Shown: positions 48,091 through 58,290, counted from the stretch's first letter. The stretch is 64,000 bases of DNA from Candidatus Aminicenantes bacterium (GCA_963727095.1 CAVSEQ010000005.1:1428280-1492279), one strand, 5' to 3'. Notes: a model not told the origin generated them from the letters alone. Translations and numbers: made by a program.

Positions 48091-49332
48091 ATGATACAGA
48101 AGCCGTGTATTTCCGTCATCGTCATTCTTTCTTTTCTCCCGTTCCTCGGCTGCCGGGTCGAACAGAAACCGGCCGGCGTCGAGGAAAGGGCCCGGGCTTT
48201 GCACCGGACAATGCTCACGGTCGATACGCACTGCGACACAGCCTTCAATCTGCTCAGGACGGACTGGAAAATCGGTGACCGCCATGATCCCCAAGCCCGG
48301 GGCGGCGGCAAGATCGACCTGCCGCGGATGAAAGAGGGCGGACTCGATGCGGAATTTTTTGCCGCGTTTGTCGGTCAGGGCCCGAGGACGCCCGACGGCT
48401 ATGCCAAAGCCAAGGACTTGGCCGTCCGGGTCATCGATGCGGTGTGGAAGATGACTCAAGACTATCCGCAGCTCATCGGCCTGGGGCTCGTCCCCGAGGA
48501 CGCCTACCGCCTGAAGCGGGCCGGCAAGCTGACGGCCTTTCTCGGCATCGAAAACGGGTACACGGTGGGGAAGGATCTTTCGCTCGTCGAATTCTACTTC
48601 AAGAAGGGTGTCCGGTACATCACCCTCTGCCACAGCTCGGACAATGACATCTGCGATTCGTCCACCGACCGGGTGGAGCCCCAGGACAAAGGCCTGAGCG
48701 CGTTCGGCCGGCAGGTCGTTTCCGAATGCAACCGTTTGGGCGTCATGGTCGACATCTCGCATGCCTCCGACAAATCTTTCTATGACATCCTCCGAGTGAC
48801 CCGAGCCCCGGTCATCGCCTCCCACTCGAGCTGCCGCGCCGTGTGCGACAGCCCGAGGAACCTGTCCGATGACATGCTCAGGGCCCTGGCTAAGAACGGC
48901 GGGGTTATCCAGATCTGCTTTTTGGGGGACTACGTGAGGAAGCCGGCGCCTAACGCCGAGCGCGACAAGGCTCTCAAGGCGCTCGAGGACAAGTATGGCA
49001 ATTTCCGGGCCCTCCGCGACGAAGGCCAGCGTGAAAAGGCCATGGCCGAATATCAAGCCATCGACGCGAAATTCCCCCAGGACCGCCCGACAGTTAAAGA
49101 CCTCGTCGACCACTTCGACCACGTCAAGAAAACTATCGGCGTCGATTATGTCGGTATCGGGACGGATTTCGACGGCGGCGGCGGCATCGTCGGCTGCGAC
49201 GACGTCAGCGGCATGATCCATGTAACCGAAGAACTGATGCGCCGCGGCTATTCCGACAGCGAGATCGTAAAAATCTGGGGCGGCAACCTCATGCGTGTGT
49301 TCGGACGGGTCCTGGCCCTGGCGAAGAGATAG
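48091..49332 (+). CDS. membrane dipeptidase (peptidase family M19) lipoprotein
   Basis: Signal peptide with a Cys; M19 metal-site motifs (LTVDTHCDT, HSSDND); AAAGGAGA RBS. Confidence 0.85.
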   Translation: MIQKPCISVIVILSFLPFLGCRVEQKPAGVEERARALHRTMLTVDTHCDTAFNLLRTDWKIGDRHDPQARGGGKIDLPRMKEGGLDAEFFAAFVGQGPRTPDGYAKAKDLAVRVIDAVWKMTQDYPQLIGLGLVPEDAYRLKRAGKLTAFLGIENGYTVGKDLSLVEFYFKKGVRYITLCHSSDNDICDSSTDRVEPQDKGLSAFGRQVVSECNRLGVMVDISHASDKSFYDILRVTRAPVIASHSSCRAVCDSPRNLSDDMLRALAKNGGVIQICFLGDYVRKPAPNAERDKALKALEDKYGNFRALRDEGQREKAMAEYQAIDAKFPQDRPTVKDLVDHFDHVKKTIGVDYVGIGTDFDGGGGIVGCDDVSGMIHVTEELMRRGYSDSEIVKIWGGNLMRVFGRVLALAKR

Positions 49333-49343
49333 TCGCGCCGCAA

Positions 49344-49361
49344 GTGTAAAGTATATTTACG
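49344..49361 (+). promoter_or_regulatory. palindromic candidate enhancer/UAS GTGTAAA-N5-TTTAC (copy 1)
   Basis: Centre about 80 bp upstream of the sigma-54 -24 element at 49431. A second copy lies at 54552-54569. Confidence 0.4.
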
Positions 49362-49430
49362 TGTCGACCTCCCGGGCCTCAGTTATATGGGATTTTCCCC
49401 GAGAGAAATGATGCTGCAACAGGCCCGCAC

Positions 49431-49446
49431 TGGCATAAAGCTTGCT
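49431..49446 (+). promoter_or_regulatory. sigma-54-type promoter TGGCAT-N5-TTGCT
   Basis: GG at 49432-49433 and GC at 49444-49445 (GG-N10-GC spacing); one mismatch to TGGCAC. Confidence 0.5.
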
Positions 49447-49557
49447 CTCTGACTCATGCGATGAGCCTGTCTTGCCCGAGTAAGCGCTCTCCGGACATGG
49501 GATGGGTCCGCCCTGCGTGCATTTTCCGTTTCATTTGGCTATGATGAGGACTGTCCC

Positions 49558-51186
49558 ATGCTGAAGGCCGGCCGGTTTCTCGCTTATTCCGCTGTCTTGC
49601 TCGCAGCGTCCGGCTTGGCGGCCGGCGGGCTTTTGACGGCCGGACGGCCTGACGTCCAGCCGAGATGGAACGGTACCTTGCGCGTCAAGGCCTTTTCAAG
49701 CCCCTTCAACCCGAGCTTCGACCCCGCCGGATCTCCCCATTATTTCATCGTGGAGCAGCTCTTCGACGGGCTCGTGAAATTCGACAACAACTTCGACATC
49801 GTGCCCAGCCTGGCCGAATACTGGACGATCTCGGACGACGGGAAGAGGATCACGTTTTATCTCAGGCAGGGCGTGAAGTTTCATAACGGCCGGGAGCTCG
49901 TCGCCGAGGACGTCAAGTTCTCCCTCGAACGCCTGATCCAGAACCGGCCCGGCAACACGTGCTACGAATATTTTACCGAGAAGGTGGTCGGCGCCGAGGA
50001 TTATTGGGCCGGGAAAGCGGCTGACGTTGCCGGGTTTAAGGTGTTGGACCGATATACGTTCGAAATCCAATGGACACGTTCCTATGTTTCCAGCCTGGGC
50101 CTCAATCTGCTGAGCATGTATTACTGCAAAATCCTCCCGAAAGACCTTGTGCTCGACCAGGGCAAGGGCTTTTTCCAAAAGCCCGTCGGGACGGGTCCCT
50201 TCAAGTTCGCCGACTGGCTGCGGTCCGAGGCGCGTCCCGGTCAGGCCGGTCGCCGGGATATCGTCGGGGTCCGGCTCGAGTCGAACGGCGCCTATTTCGG
50301 CAAACGCCCGTATCTTGCCGCGCTCGAATACAGCCCGTATTACACGGAAGAGCAATTTGAGGAGGGTAAGGTCCATATCTATCCCGTGACTTCAGAGCGG
50401 CTGCTCCACGGGAGTTTTCCGATCCTCGAGAACGATACTCTCCGGATGGCGCTTCTGGCCATGAGCTGCAAAATCCCTCCGCTCGACCGGCCGGAGGTCC
50501 GCAAAGCGCTCGTCCTGGGTCTCAACAAAACGCAGCTGGCCGCCTCCGCCAATTCCTCCTCTTCCGTTCCCCAGGTTACTGAGAATTTCATTCCGCCTAT
50601 CCTGCCCGGTTTCTTGCCCAAGATGGTGATCGATGCCTATGAACCGGACAAGTCCCGGATGCTGCTGACTCGCCTGCTGCCGGAAACTGCCGGGCATCCC
50701 CTGAGCTTGACGCTCGTGTTCGTCCTTCCGAAAACCGACGTTTCGTCCAATCTGAGCCGGGAGCTCGAACGCGAACTTGCAAGCCTTGGGATCGGGATGA
50801 ACGTGAAATATCTGAAGAAGCCGGCCGACATTCGCGACATCCACGGGCCTTATCTGAAGGTCCTGGATTGGGCCATGGCCTTCCCCGATCCCGAGAATAT
50901 CGTTTTGCCTCTCTTTCATTCCCGGTCAACGATCAACCAACTCAACTGCGGCTACGATAGTCCCGCCATGGACAGCTTGATCGATCTCTCCGAGGTGGAG
51001 CCGAGCTGGGAAAAGCGGAACGGCCTTTTCCGAAAGATGGAGGATCTTCTCGCCGCCGACCTGCCCGGCATGCCGCTCTACTCGGAACGGATCAGGATCG
51101 CCATGAGTCCCAAGGTCCGGGGCGCCAAACTTCCCGCCCTGGGGTTCTTCTTTCTGGATACCAAGGAAATCTGGCTGGAGGAGTAG
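49558..51186 (+). CDS. ABC-type solute-binding protein family 5 (peptide/nickel/opine type); probable co-sensor for the adjacent two-component system
   Basis: Signal peptide; SBP_bac_5 architecture; 11-nt gap before the histidine kinase gene. Confidence 0.75.
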   Translation: MLKAGRFLAYSAVLLAASGLAAGGLLTAGRPDVQPRWNGTLRVKAFSSPFNPSFDPAGSPHYFIVEQLFDGLVKFDNNFDIVPSLAEYWTISDDGKRITFYLRQGVKFHNGRELVAEDVKFSLERLIQNRPGNTCYEYFTEKVVGAEDYWAGKAADVAGFKVLDRYTFEIQWTRSYVSSLGLNLLSMYYCKILPKDLVLDQGKGFFQKPVGTGPFKFADWLRSEARPGQAGRRDIVGVRLESNGAYFGKRPYLAALEYSPYYTEEQFEEGKVHIYPVTSERLLHGSFPILENDTLRMALLAMSCKIPPLDRPEVRKALVLGLNKTQLAASANSSSSVPQVTENFIPPILPGFLPKMVIDAYEPDKSRMLLTRLLPETAGHPLSLTLVFVLPKTDVSSNLSRELERELASLGIGMNVKYLKKPADIRDIHGPYLKVLDWAMAFPDPENIVLPLFHSRSTINQLNCGYDSPAMDSLIDLSEVEPSWEKRNGLFRKMEDLLAADLPGMPLYSERIRIAMSPKVRGAKLPALGFFFLDTKEIWLEE

Positions 51187-51196
51187 GGTCAATCCG

Positions 51197-52655
51197 ATGA
51201 AGCTGAAGCTGTCGATTTACTCACGGCTGCTCTTCGGGATCACCCTCCTCCTTTCCGTCCTCTTCGCGGCCGTCCTCTTCGTGATTCGCAGCCGCGAGGT
51301 GCGCACCCTGTTCGGGCAGACGCAAACCCAGGCCTTTTTGATCGCCAAGTATATGGCCGACTTGAATCGCCAGGCCCTGGTCCGTTTTGACCAGGACACC
51401 ATCCAGAGAAATATCGACGACCAGGTCAGCGACCGGCTGCCTTATATCGTCTTTTATGATCGCGGCGGACGGCCCTTTGTCGCCAACGCATTCGCCAGAT
51501 CGCAGGCGGACATTCTCGAGCGAAGCCATTTCGATGTCGACGTCGAACCCGGCGCACGGTTTTCGGCGACCAGGACGATCCGCGTCGGGAACCGTTTGCT
51601 CCAAGTGCTCGAAGTCGAGATCCCCATCTTTCCGCCCGGCGCCGGGCAGAAGTGGGCCTCGGTCAAAATCGGCCATTCGCTCGAACCGATGCACGAGGAA
51701 ATCCGGCAGACGCAGTTCCCTTTGCTCCTCGTCGGATTCGGCGGGCTTCTCCTCGGGATTCTCGGGGCCAGCCTGATCGCCAAACGGATCACCCGGCCTA
51801 TCCGCAAGCTGGTGGATGGGACGGTGAGCATCTCCCACGGTGACTTCTCTCACATGATCGATATCCCCGCAGGCGACGAAATCGGCGGTCTGGCCAGGAG
51901 CTTCAATGAGATGACGGGGCAGCTTCTCCAGGCCCGGGAGAGGATGGAAGACGCGAACAGAAAGCTGATCCAAGCGGAAAAGCTGGCTTCCATCGGGCGC
52001 CTCTCGGCGACCATCGCCCATGAAATCCGCAACCCCCTCACATCGGTGAAGCTCAACGTCCAGAAGATCGCCGAGGACGAAGCGCTGGATGCCGCCGAGA
52101 AGGACCACCTGGCGCTGTCCATGGAGGGCATCGGCCAGATCGAACGATTCGTCAAGGAACTCCTCAACTACACCCGCGCCGGGGAACTGGCCATGGAGAA
52201 GTTCTCCCCGGTCCAGATCCTCGACGAGTCCCTCAAGATGCTCAAAGAGACATTCAGCCGGAAGAAGATCGTCGTCGAAAAGGAGTGCGCGGAGAATCTC
52301 CCCGCGATCGTCGTGGATGCCGACAAAATCCGGCAGGTTTTCCTCAATGTCCTCCGCAACGCCGAGGAAGCCGTGGACCCCGGGCGGCCGGATCACCATC
52401 ATTCTGGACACGACGGGCCCGGACGGCAGGAAGAGGATCCGTGTCCGCATCTCCGATAACGGGCCGGGAATTCCTGAGAAGGATTGGGACAACGTCTTTG
52501 AGCCGTTCTTCACCACGAAGCCATCGGGTTTCGGACTCGGCCTGGCCAACGCCCGGAAGATTCTTGAGCAACACAATGGCTCGATCAGGCTGAGCAAAAA
52601 ACGTGGCCGGGGCAGCACGTTTACAATCTTGATTCCCTTCGAGGAGGGGACATGA
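51197..52655 (+). pseudogene. sensor histidine kinase (HAMP, HisKA, HATPase) with an apparent +1 frameshift at about 52377-52383
   Basis: Frame A reads ...NAEEAVDPGRPDHHH and stops at 52459. Frame B continues as GGRITIILDT...GLGLANARKILEQHNGSI to 52655. One extra C in the run ccccggg would account for the shift. Confidence 0.6.
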
Positions 52656-53998
52656 AATCGATCCTAATCATCGAAGACGACCCCCTTGTCCGCAAAACTC
52701 TGACCTCCCAAATGGTCAAGAGCGACTTCGAGGTCGCCGCCGCTCCGAACGGCGAAGAAGGCATCCGGCTGTACTGCGAACGCCGCCCCGACATTGTCCT
52801 CCTCGATGTCCGGCTGCCCGATACGGACGGCCTCGACGTCCTGCGCAGGATCCGGGAAAAGGACGGCCGGGCGACCGTCCTGGTCATGACCGCATTCGAT
52901 GACATGAAGACGACCGTGGAAGCCATCAAGTTGGGCGCCTTCGAGTACCTCGTCAAGCCGCTGAACACGACCGAGTTGGACCTGACCATCGAGAAGGCGC
53001 TCCAGGTGCGGGCCCTGGAAGATAAGGTGGATTACCTCGTCGAAGAGCGGCAGAAGGAATACACGATCGACAACCTGGTGGGCCATTCCTCCCAAATGCG
53101 AAGCGTATTCAAGATGATCGGCTCGGTGGCCAACACGCGCGCCAATGTGCTCATCCAGGGCGAAAGCGGCACCGGCAAGGAACTGGTCGCCAAAGCCATC
53201 CATTACAGCAGTCCGTACCGCGCCGAACCCTTCATCGTCATCAACTGCTCGGCGATCTCCGATACCTTGCTCGAAAGCGAGCTTTTCGGTCACGTCAAGG
53301 GCGCTTTTACGGACGCCGTCTGTGAAACGAGAGGCAAGTTCGAGATCGCCGGAAAAGGCACGCTTTTCCTTGACGAGATCGGCGACGTATCGCCCGGACT
53401 GCAGTCCAAGCTCCTCCGGGTCATCGAAAACCGTGACTTCATGAAGGTCGGCGGCGAGCGCGTCCTCAAAACCGAAGCGCGGATTATCGCCGCTACCAAC
53501 CACAACCTCAAAACGTTGATCGAGAAAGGCCGCTTCCGCGAAGATCTCTTCTACCGGCTGAAAGTCGTCGAGATCGTTCTGCCGTCCCTCCGCGAAAGGC
53601 CCGAGGACATTCCGGAGCTCGTCGGCTATCTGCTCGAAAAAATCAACAGGGAACTGCGGCGGAACGTCCGCAAGGTCCCGCCCGACGTGATGTCCTCCCT
53701 CTCAAGCCTGCCCTGGAGAGGCAACGTCAGGGAGCTCGAGAACGCATTGACCCGGGCCGTCATCCTGGCCAAAGGCGACGTGGTCCTCAACGAAAACCTG
53801 CCCCAGGAACCCGACGACAAACGAGGCTTTGCTAAGGAGCTGGTTTCTCTCGAAGAGGTCGAGAAGGCCTATATCCAGCACGTCCTCCTTTCCGTCAAAG
53901 GAAGCAAGACGAAGGCCAGCCAAGTCCTGGGCATCAGCCGGCCGACGCTCGATAAGAAGATCAAGGATTACCGCCTCGAGCTCGACGAACCCGCCTGA
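52652..53998 (+). CDS. sigma-54-dependent Fis-family response regulator (NtrC-like enhancer-binding protein)
   Basis: REC domain (IEDDPLVR...LLDVRLPD); AAA+ sigma-54 interaction domain (GESGTGKELVAKAIH, GAFTDA); C-terminal HTH. Confidence 0.9.
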   Translation: MKSILIIEDDPLVRKTLTSQMVKSDFEVAAAPNGEEGIRLYCERRPDIVLLDVRLPDTDGLDVLRRIREKDGRATVLVMTAFDDMKTTVEAIKLGAFEYLVKPLNTTELDLTIEKALQVRALEDKVDYLVEERQKEYTIDNLVGHSSQMRSVFKMIGSVANTRANVLIQGESGTGKELVAKAIHYSSPYRAEPFIVINCSAISDTLLESELFGHVKGAFTDAVCETRGKFEIAGKGTLFLDEIGDVSPGLQSKLLRVIENRDFMKVGGERVLKTEARIIAATNHNLKTLIEKGRFREDLFYRLKVVEIVLPSLRERPEDIPELVGYLLEKINRELRRNVRKVPPDVMSSLSSLPWRGNVRELENALTRAVILAKGDVVLNENLPQEPDDKRGFAKELVSLEEVEKAYIQHVLLSVKGSKTKASQVLGISRPTLDKKIKDYRLELDEPA

Positions 53999-54155
53999 CC
54001 GCGGCCGTGTAAACTCCCTTTATAGCCTGCCAAGAATTTTTTCACCTCATCGGTTCCGGACCTGAGGCGCCGCTCCGGCCTCCCTGGGGAAACGGCCGTG
54101 TGGGATTGGCACGAAATCTGCAAAAATCATGGCGGCGGTTGAGTGAGGTGTGAAC

Positions 54156-54542
54156 ATGGCAACGAAGAAGATCATCGTAGTTGATGATGATGAGAACATC
54201 CGGAAAACATTTTTTCTGCTCCTGGGCAAAAAGTATCGTGTCTATCCCGTCAAGGACGCGCGCGAGGCCCTGGCCATGTCGCGGAGCGCCAAGGCGGATT
54301 TGGTGATCGCGGACTACGTGCTTCCCGCCATGAACGGCATGGAGCTCGTCAAAAAGCTCCGGGAGTCGGGGTTCGAGGGCGAAGTCATGCTGATCTCCGC
54401 CCACCCGGACCTCGTAAGGATCGAGGACATGAGCCGGTTTGATATCAGCGCTTTTTTCGTCAAACCCCTTGATCTCAATGACCTGAATCTCTCGATCGAC
54501 AGGGTTTTGGACCCGAAGGCCCATCTTGGGACCGGCGCGTGA
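54156..54542 (+). CDS. single-domain response regulator (CheY-like receiver)
   Basis: KIIVVDDDENIR...D..LP receiver motifs; GAGGTG RBS. Confidence 0.8.
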   Translation: MATKKIIVVDDDENIRKTFFLLLGKKYRVYPVKDAREALAMSRSAKADLVIADYVLPAMNGMELVKKLRESGFEGEVMLISAHPDLVRIEDMSRFDISAFFVKPLDLNDLNLSIDRVLDPKAHLGTGA

Positions 54543-54551
54543 GGGGTCGGG

Positions 54552-54569
54552 GTGTAAACGATATTTACA
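54552..54569 (+). promoter_or_regulatory. palindromic motif GTGTAAA-N5-TTTACA (copy 2)
   Basis: Matches copy 1 at 17 of 19 positions. Followed 3 nt later by a sigma-54-like TGGAAA-N5-TTGCG element at 54572-54587. Confidence 0.35.
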
Positions 54570-55012
54570 GATGGAAAGAAATTTGCGAGGGAAACGTCGT
54601 CTCTCCAGGGGAAAAAACGTCCCGTCGGATGGCATAAATTATGCATTTAGGCCAAGTAGAATGTGGATTTTAAAGGTCCAAAGCATTTCCCGATACCCTT
54701 CCATAACCCTCCTTCTTTAAGTTCCGGAGCGAGGGGTGCCGCGGGGGCACCCCTCCTCTGCCATTACCCAAGAACGCTTGGAAAAAGCCTTGCCCGTACT
54801 CCGGGCTGGGAATCAGCCATGTTGCAGCCGGCCTGCTCCGGCGCGAAACCAGCGGAGCCGCCCCCGGCGGCAAAAAGGACCGAAATCAGCGTGCTCTTGA
54901 CCGCAACACGATTATTGCTTTGAGACGATTTGTCACGACAGAAGGCCCGTCCGCGGCCTCGTACCGTTCCAGTTGAATCCGGACCGGCGCCTGGCTTACA
55001 CTAGGCCCTTCG

Positions 55013-55702
55013 ATGGAGGAGGGCAGGCACCATGAAGCAACGGCTTTTCAAGAATCATTAACAATGGACGATAAGGACATCCTCGAGCGAATAGAAAAAG
55101 GCCTGTGGGCGCCTCTCCCCGGGATTCCCGCGCAGCTGCGGATGGCCCCCGACCCACGCCCAAGTTACAAGGCTTACTTCGAGGTCGAGCAGACCTGCCT
55201 TAAAGCCGGAGTGCTTGTCCTTCTCTATGAGAAGCACGGGTGTCTCCAGTTGCTCTTGACTCTGCGGACGGATCGGGTATTGCACCATCGCGGACAGATC
55301 TCATTCCCGGGAGGAGAACAGCATCCCGGCGAATCGCTCGAGGCGACGGCCCTGCGGGAAACAAAGGAGGAACTCGGCATCCGCCTGGACGCCGTGAGGA
55401 TCCTCGGCAAGCTGACGCCGCTCTACATTGCGCCAAGCAATTACTGCATCTACCCGACGGTCGCATACCTCCCCGGGGTTCTTGCCTTCAATCCACAGCC
55501 CGACGAAGTCGCGGAAGTCATCGAGGTTCCCGTAAGCGATCTGGCGGATCCGCGGACGGCGAAGCGGGAAACGCGCACGCTCGGCGGGCAGGCTGTCAAG
55601 GTGTCCTACTACGGCGTCGGAGGTCACAAGATATGGGGAGCAACGGCCATGGTGCTGGCCGAGCTTTTGGCTCTCCTTGAAACGAACGAGACGGAACTCT
55701 GA
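55013..55702 (+). CDS. NUDIX hydrolase (CoA pyrophosphatase-like)
   Basis: NUDIX box (GGEQHPGESLEATALRETKEELGI). Confidence 0.75.
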   Translation: MEEGRHHEATAFQESLTMDDKDILERIEKGLWAPLPGIPAQLRMAPDPRPSYKAYFEVEQTCLKAGVLVLLYEKHGCLQLLLTLRTDRVLHHRGQISFPGGEQHPGESLEATALRETKEELGIRLDAVRILGKLTPLYIAPSNYCIYPTVAYLPGVLAFNPQPDEVAEVIEVPVSDLADPRTAKRETRTLGGQAVKVSYYGVGGHKIWGATAMVLAELLALLETNETEL

Positions 55703-55704
55703 CC

Positions 55705-56022
55705 ATGCGGACCTATCACCACATCGGCATCCCGACGACGATCCCCCGGGCCGGCGAAGCGTATCTTCCGGAATACAAAGTCTATCATTCCGGCTTTGAA
55801 ACAAGCGCCTACGGCATCGAATGGATGCGCTATGAAGAGGGCTGCCCGCTGCCCGATCTTGTCAAAACGGTCGCCCACGTAGCCTTTGAAGTCGACGACC
55901 TCGAAGCCGAGCTCGAAGGCAAGGATGTGCTCATCGCGCCGAACAGCCCCTCGCCTGGGGTCCGGGTCGCATTCATCGTCGAGAACGGCGCCCCCGTCGA
56001 GCTCCTTCAATTCATTAAATAG
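55705..56022 (+). CDS. small VOC/glyoxalase-fold hypothetical protein
   Basis: 105 aa; the start is 3 nt after the NUDIX stop codon. Confidence 0.55.
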   Translation: MRTYHHIGIPTTIPRAGEAYLPEYKVYHSGFETSAYGIEWMRYEEGCPLPDLVKTVAHVAFEVDDLEAELEGKDVLIAPNSPSPGVRVAFIVENGAPVELLQFIK

Positions 56023-56152
56023 GATACGGAGGCCGTTGGCCTCCGCCCCCGGCACTAAGGGATGGTTGAACAGGAGGAGCGCGAAGGAGCGTTCCCGGAG
56101 GAGGGCGTGGGAAGGCCGAGCGGGCACGGATCCTCGCCCAACGGGCGAGGGG

Positions 56153-56224
56153 AGCGAGGCCTTTCCTCGAGCGGGTTTGACTCGCCGGGGCAAACCCGCG
56201 ACCTGACGAAGGGAATGCCCCGAG
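56153..56224. repeat. copy of the repeat middle module (gagcgaggcctttcctcgagcgggtttg-ctcgccggggcaaa-ccgcg)
   Basis: About 90% identical to 44294-44365. Confidence 0.65.
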
Positions 56225-56267
56225 ACGCTCCTCCTCGGCGCCGGGTCCAGCTCGGCCGAGAGAGCGC

Positions 56268-56296
56268 TTGATTGGGCATCCGAAGGCCTATACAAT
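56268..56296 (+). promoter_or_regulatory. sigma70-type promoter (-35 TTGATT, 17-nt spacer, -10 TACAAT) for trpS
   Basis: Sits between the repeat and the trpS RBS. Confidence 0.45.
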
Positions 56297-56325
56297 ACTG
56301 TCCTGACAAGAATCGAGGTCGGTCC

Positions 56326-57318
56326 ATGAGCAAAAAGAAACGCATCCTGAGCGGCATCCAGCCGAGCGGCACCATCCATATCGGCAACTATTTCGGGGCC
56401 ATCGAGAACTGGGTCCGCTTGATGGACGAATACGACTCCTTCTTCATGATCGTCGACCTGCATGCCATCACGGTGAGCTACGATCCCTCCCTGATGCCTC
56501 AGCGTGTCTGGGAAGCCGCCTTGGACAACATCGCCGCCGGACTCGATCCCGCCCGCTGTACGATCTTCATCCAAAGCCATGTTCCCGAGCATACCGAACT
56601 CTGCTGGCTTCTCAACTGCGTGACACCTCTAGGCGAACTCAACCGGATGACCCAGTTCAAGGAAAAATCCGAGCGCGAGCGCGAAAATGTCACGGCCGGC
56701 CTCCTGAACTACCCCATCCTTCAGGCGGCCGATATCCTGATCTATAAGGCGGACGCGGTTCCCGTAGGGGAGGATCAGGCCCAGCATCTGGAGTTCACGC
56801 GCGAGGTGGCCCGGCGCTTCAACACCCGTTTCGGCGACTATTTTCCCGAGCCCGAGACCCTGATCGGACGGGGAGCGCGGGTCATGGGGCTCGACGGGGA
56901 AATCAAGATGAGCAAATCGTTGGCCAATTTTATCGGCGTCACGGAAGAGCCGGAGGCCGTTTGGGAAAAACTCCGGCCCGCCAAAACCGATGAAGCCCGC
57001 AAGCGCCGGAGCGACCCCGGGAATCCCGACCGTTGCAACATCTACGCCTACCATAAGCTCGTGACTCCGGAGCGGGAAATACTCGAGATCGTCAAGGGCT
57101 GCACGGCCGCCTCCATCGGATGCATCGACTGCAAGAAGATCCTGTTCGATAATCTGATCAAGGTCCTGAATCCGATTCGCGAGCGGCGCAAATACCTTGA
57201 GGGACACCCGGAGATCGTCCGGGAAGCCCTGCGGGAAGGGGCCAGGAAGGCCCGGGTGATCGCCCGCGAGACCCTCGATGGGGCTAAGAAGCTCATGGGG
57301 CTCGTGCCTGGTTTTTGA
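56326..57318 (+). CDS. trpS: tryptophan--tRNA ligase
   Basis: Class I HIGH-type motif (TIHIGN) and KMSKS. Confidence 0.9.
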   Translation: MSKKKRILSGIQPSGTIHIGNYFGAIENWVRLMDEYDSFFMIVDLHAITVSYDPSLMPQRVWEAALDNIAAGLDPARCTIFIQSHVPEHTELCWLLNCVTPLGELNRMTQFKEKSERERENVTAGLLNYPILQAADILIYKADAVPVGEDQAQHLEFTREVARRFNTRFGDYFPEPETLIGRGARVMGLDGEIKMSKSLANFIGVTEEPEAVWEKLRPAKTDEARKRRSDPGNPDRCNIYAYHKLVTPEREILEIVKGCTAASIGCIDCKKILFDNLIKVLNPIRERRKYLEGHPEIVREALREGARKARVIARETLDGAKKLMGLVPGF

Positions 57319-57429
57319 GCCTTAACGAATCCTTCGTCCCGCCTCTTCGCCGATCCGCCGATTTCCGGGCAACCTTTTGGGGAGGTTTTTCGTCTTTTGT
57401 CTTGAACGCCGCATTTTTAGGAGGCCTCG

Positions 57430-58245
57430 ATGCCAAAGACGAAAACGTTTGCCATTCTCTCGGTTATTGTTCTCATGCTCGCGAGCCTGCCCCTGGCCGC
57501 CCGGGGATCGGATTACCGCGAAGAATTCTCCAAAACGGCATCCCTCAAGGCCGGCGATTCGTTCGGCCTGGACAATGTCAACGGGAAAGTGACTGTCGCT
57601 ACCTGGAAAGAGAACAAGGTCGAGATCAAGGCTCTCAAAGTCGCCCGGGATGATGAAAGGGACCTCAAGGACGTCGAAATCCGGGTCGAAGAATCGGCCG
57701 GGCGGGTGATGGTCAAAGCCATCTGGCCGAAGCACCGGAATAACTTCCACGTCTATGTCGATTTTGACATCAAGGTCCCGGAAGGCGTCAACCTCAAGAA
57801 AGTCGAGACCGTGAACGGCGACGTCCGGGCGACCGGCATCTTCGCCTCCGCCGAGGTCGAGACGACCAATGGATCCGTCACGGCGGAAGGCGTCAAGGGT
57901 CCGCTCGATGCTTCAACGACAAATGGGGAGGTCCGGGTATCCGGCCAGGAAGGCAGTCTCAAAGCTGAAACGACCAACGGCAGTATTCATCTTGAACGGC
58001 TGACGTTCAAGGACGCCATCCGGGCCGAGACGACCAACGGCTCCATCACGCTGGCCATCCAGGTCCCGGAACAGATCAATGCCTCGCTCCGGGCGGAAAC
58101 GACGAACGGCCACATCTCCGTGGATTTCCCGATCACCTTGAAGAATCTTCACCATTCCCGGCACCTCGTCGAGGCTCAGATCGGTCAGGGCGGTCCCGAG
58201 ATCTCGCTCGAAACGACCAACGGCTCGATCTCGATCACGAAATAA
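57430..58245 (+). CDS. DUF4097 family beta-repeat protein (putative adhesin-like), secreted
   Basis: Signal peptide; repeated xTTNGxIxx beta-strand units. Confidence 0.7.
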   Translation: MPKTKTFAILSVIVLMLASLPLAARGSDYREEFSKTASLKAGDSFGLDNVNGKVTVATWKENKVEIKALKVARDDERDLKDVEIRVEESAGRVMVKAIWPKHRNNFHVYVDFDIKVPEGVNLKKVETVNGDVRATGIFASAEVETTNGSVTAEGVKGPLDASTTNGEVRVSGQEGSLKAETTNGSIHLERLTFKDAIRAETTNGSITLAIQVPEQINASLRAETTNGHISVDFPITLKNLHHSRHLVEAQIGQGGPEISLETTNGSISITK

Positions 58246-58290
58246 TGGAACGGAGCGGATAGCGGGAACGGCCGCAGCCCTCAGAGGCGG

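Noticed and set aside
54042-54635. 197-aa minus-strand ORF overlapping the CheY-like regulator gene
   Set aside because: It is antisense to a gene with clear receiver-domain motifs, and it has no RBS.
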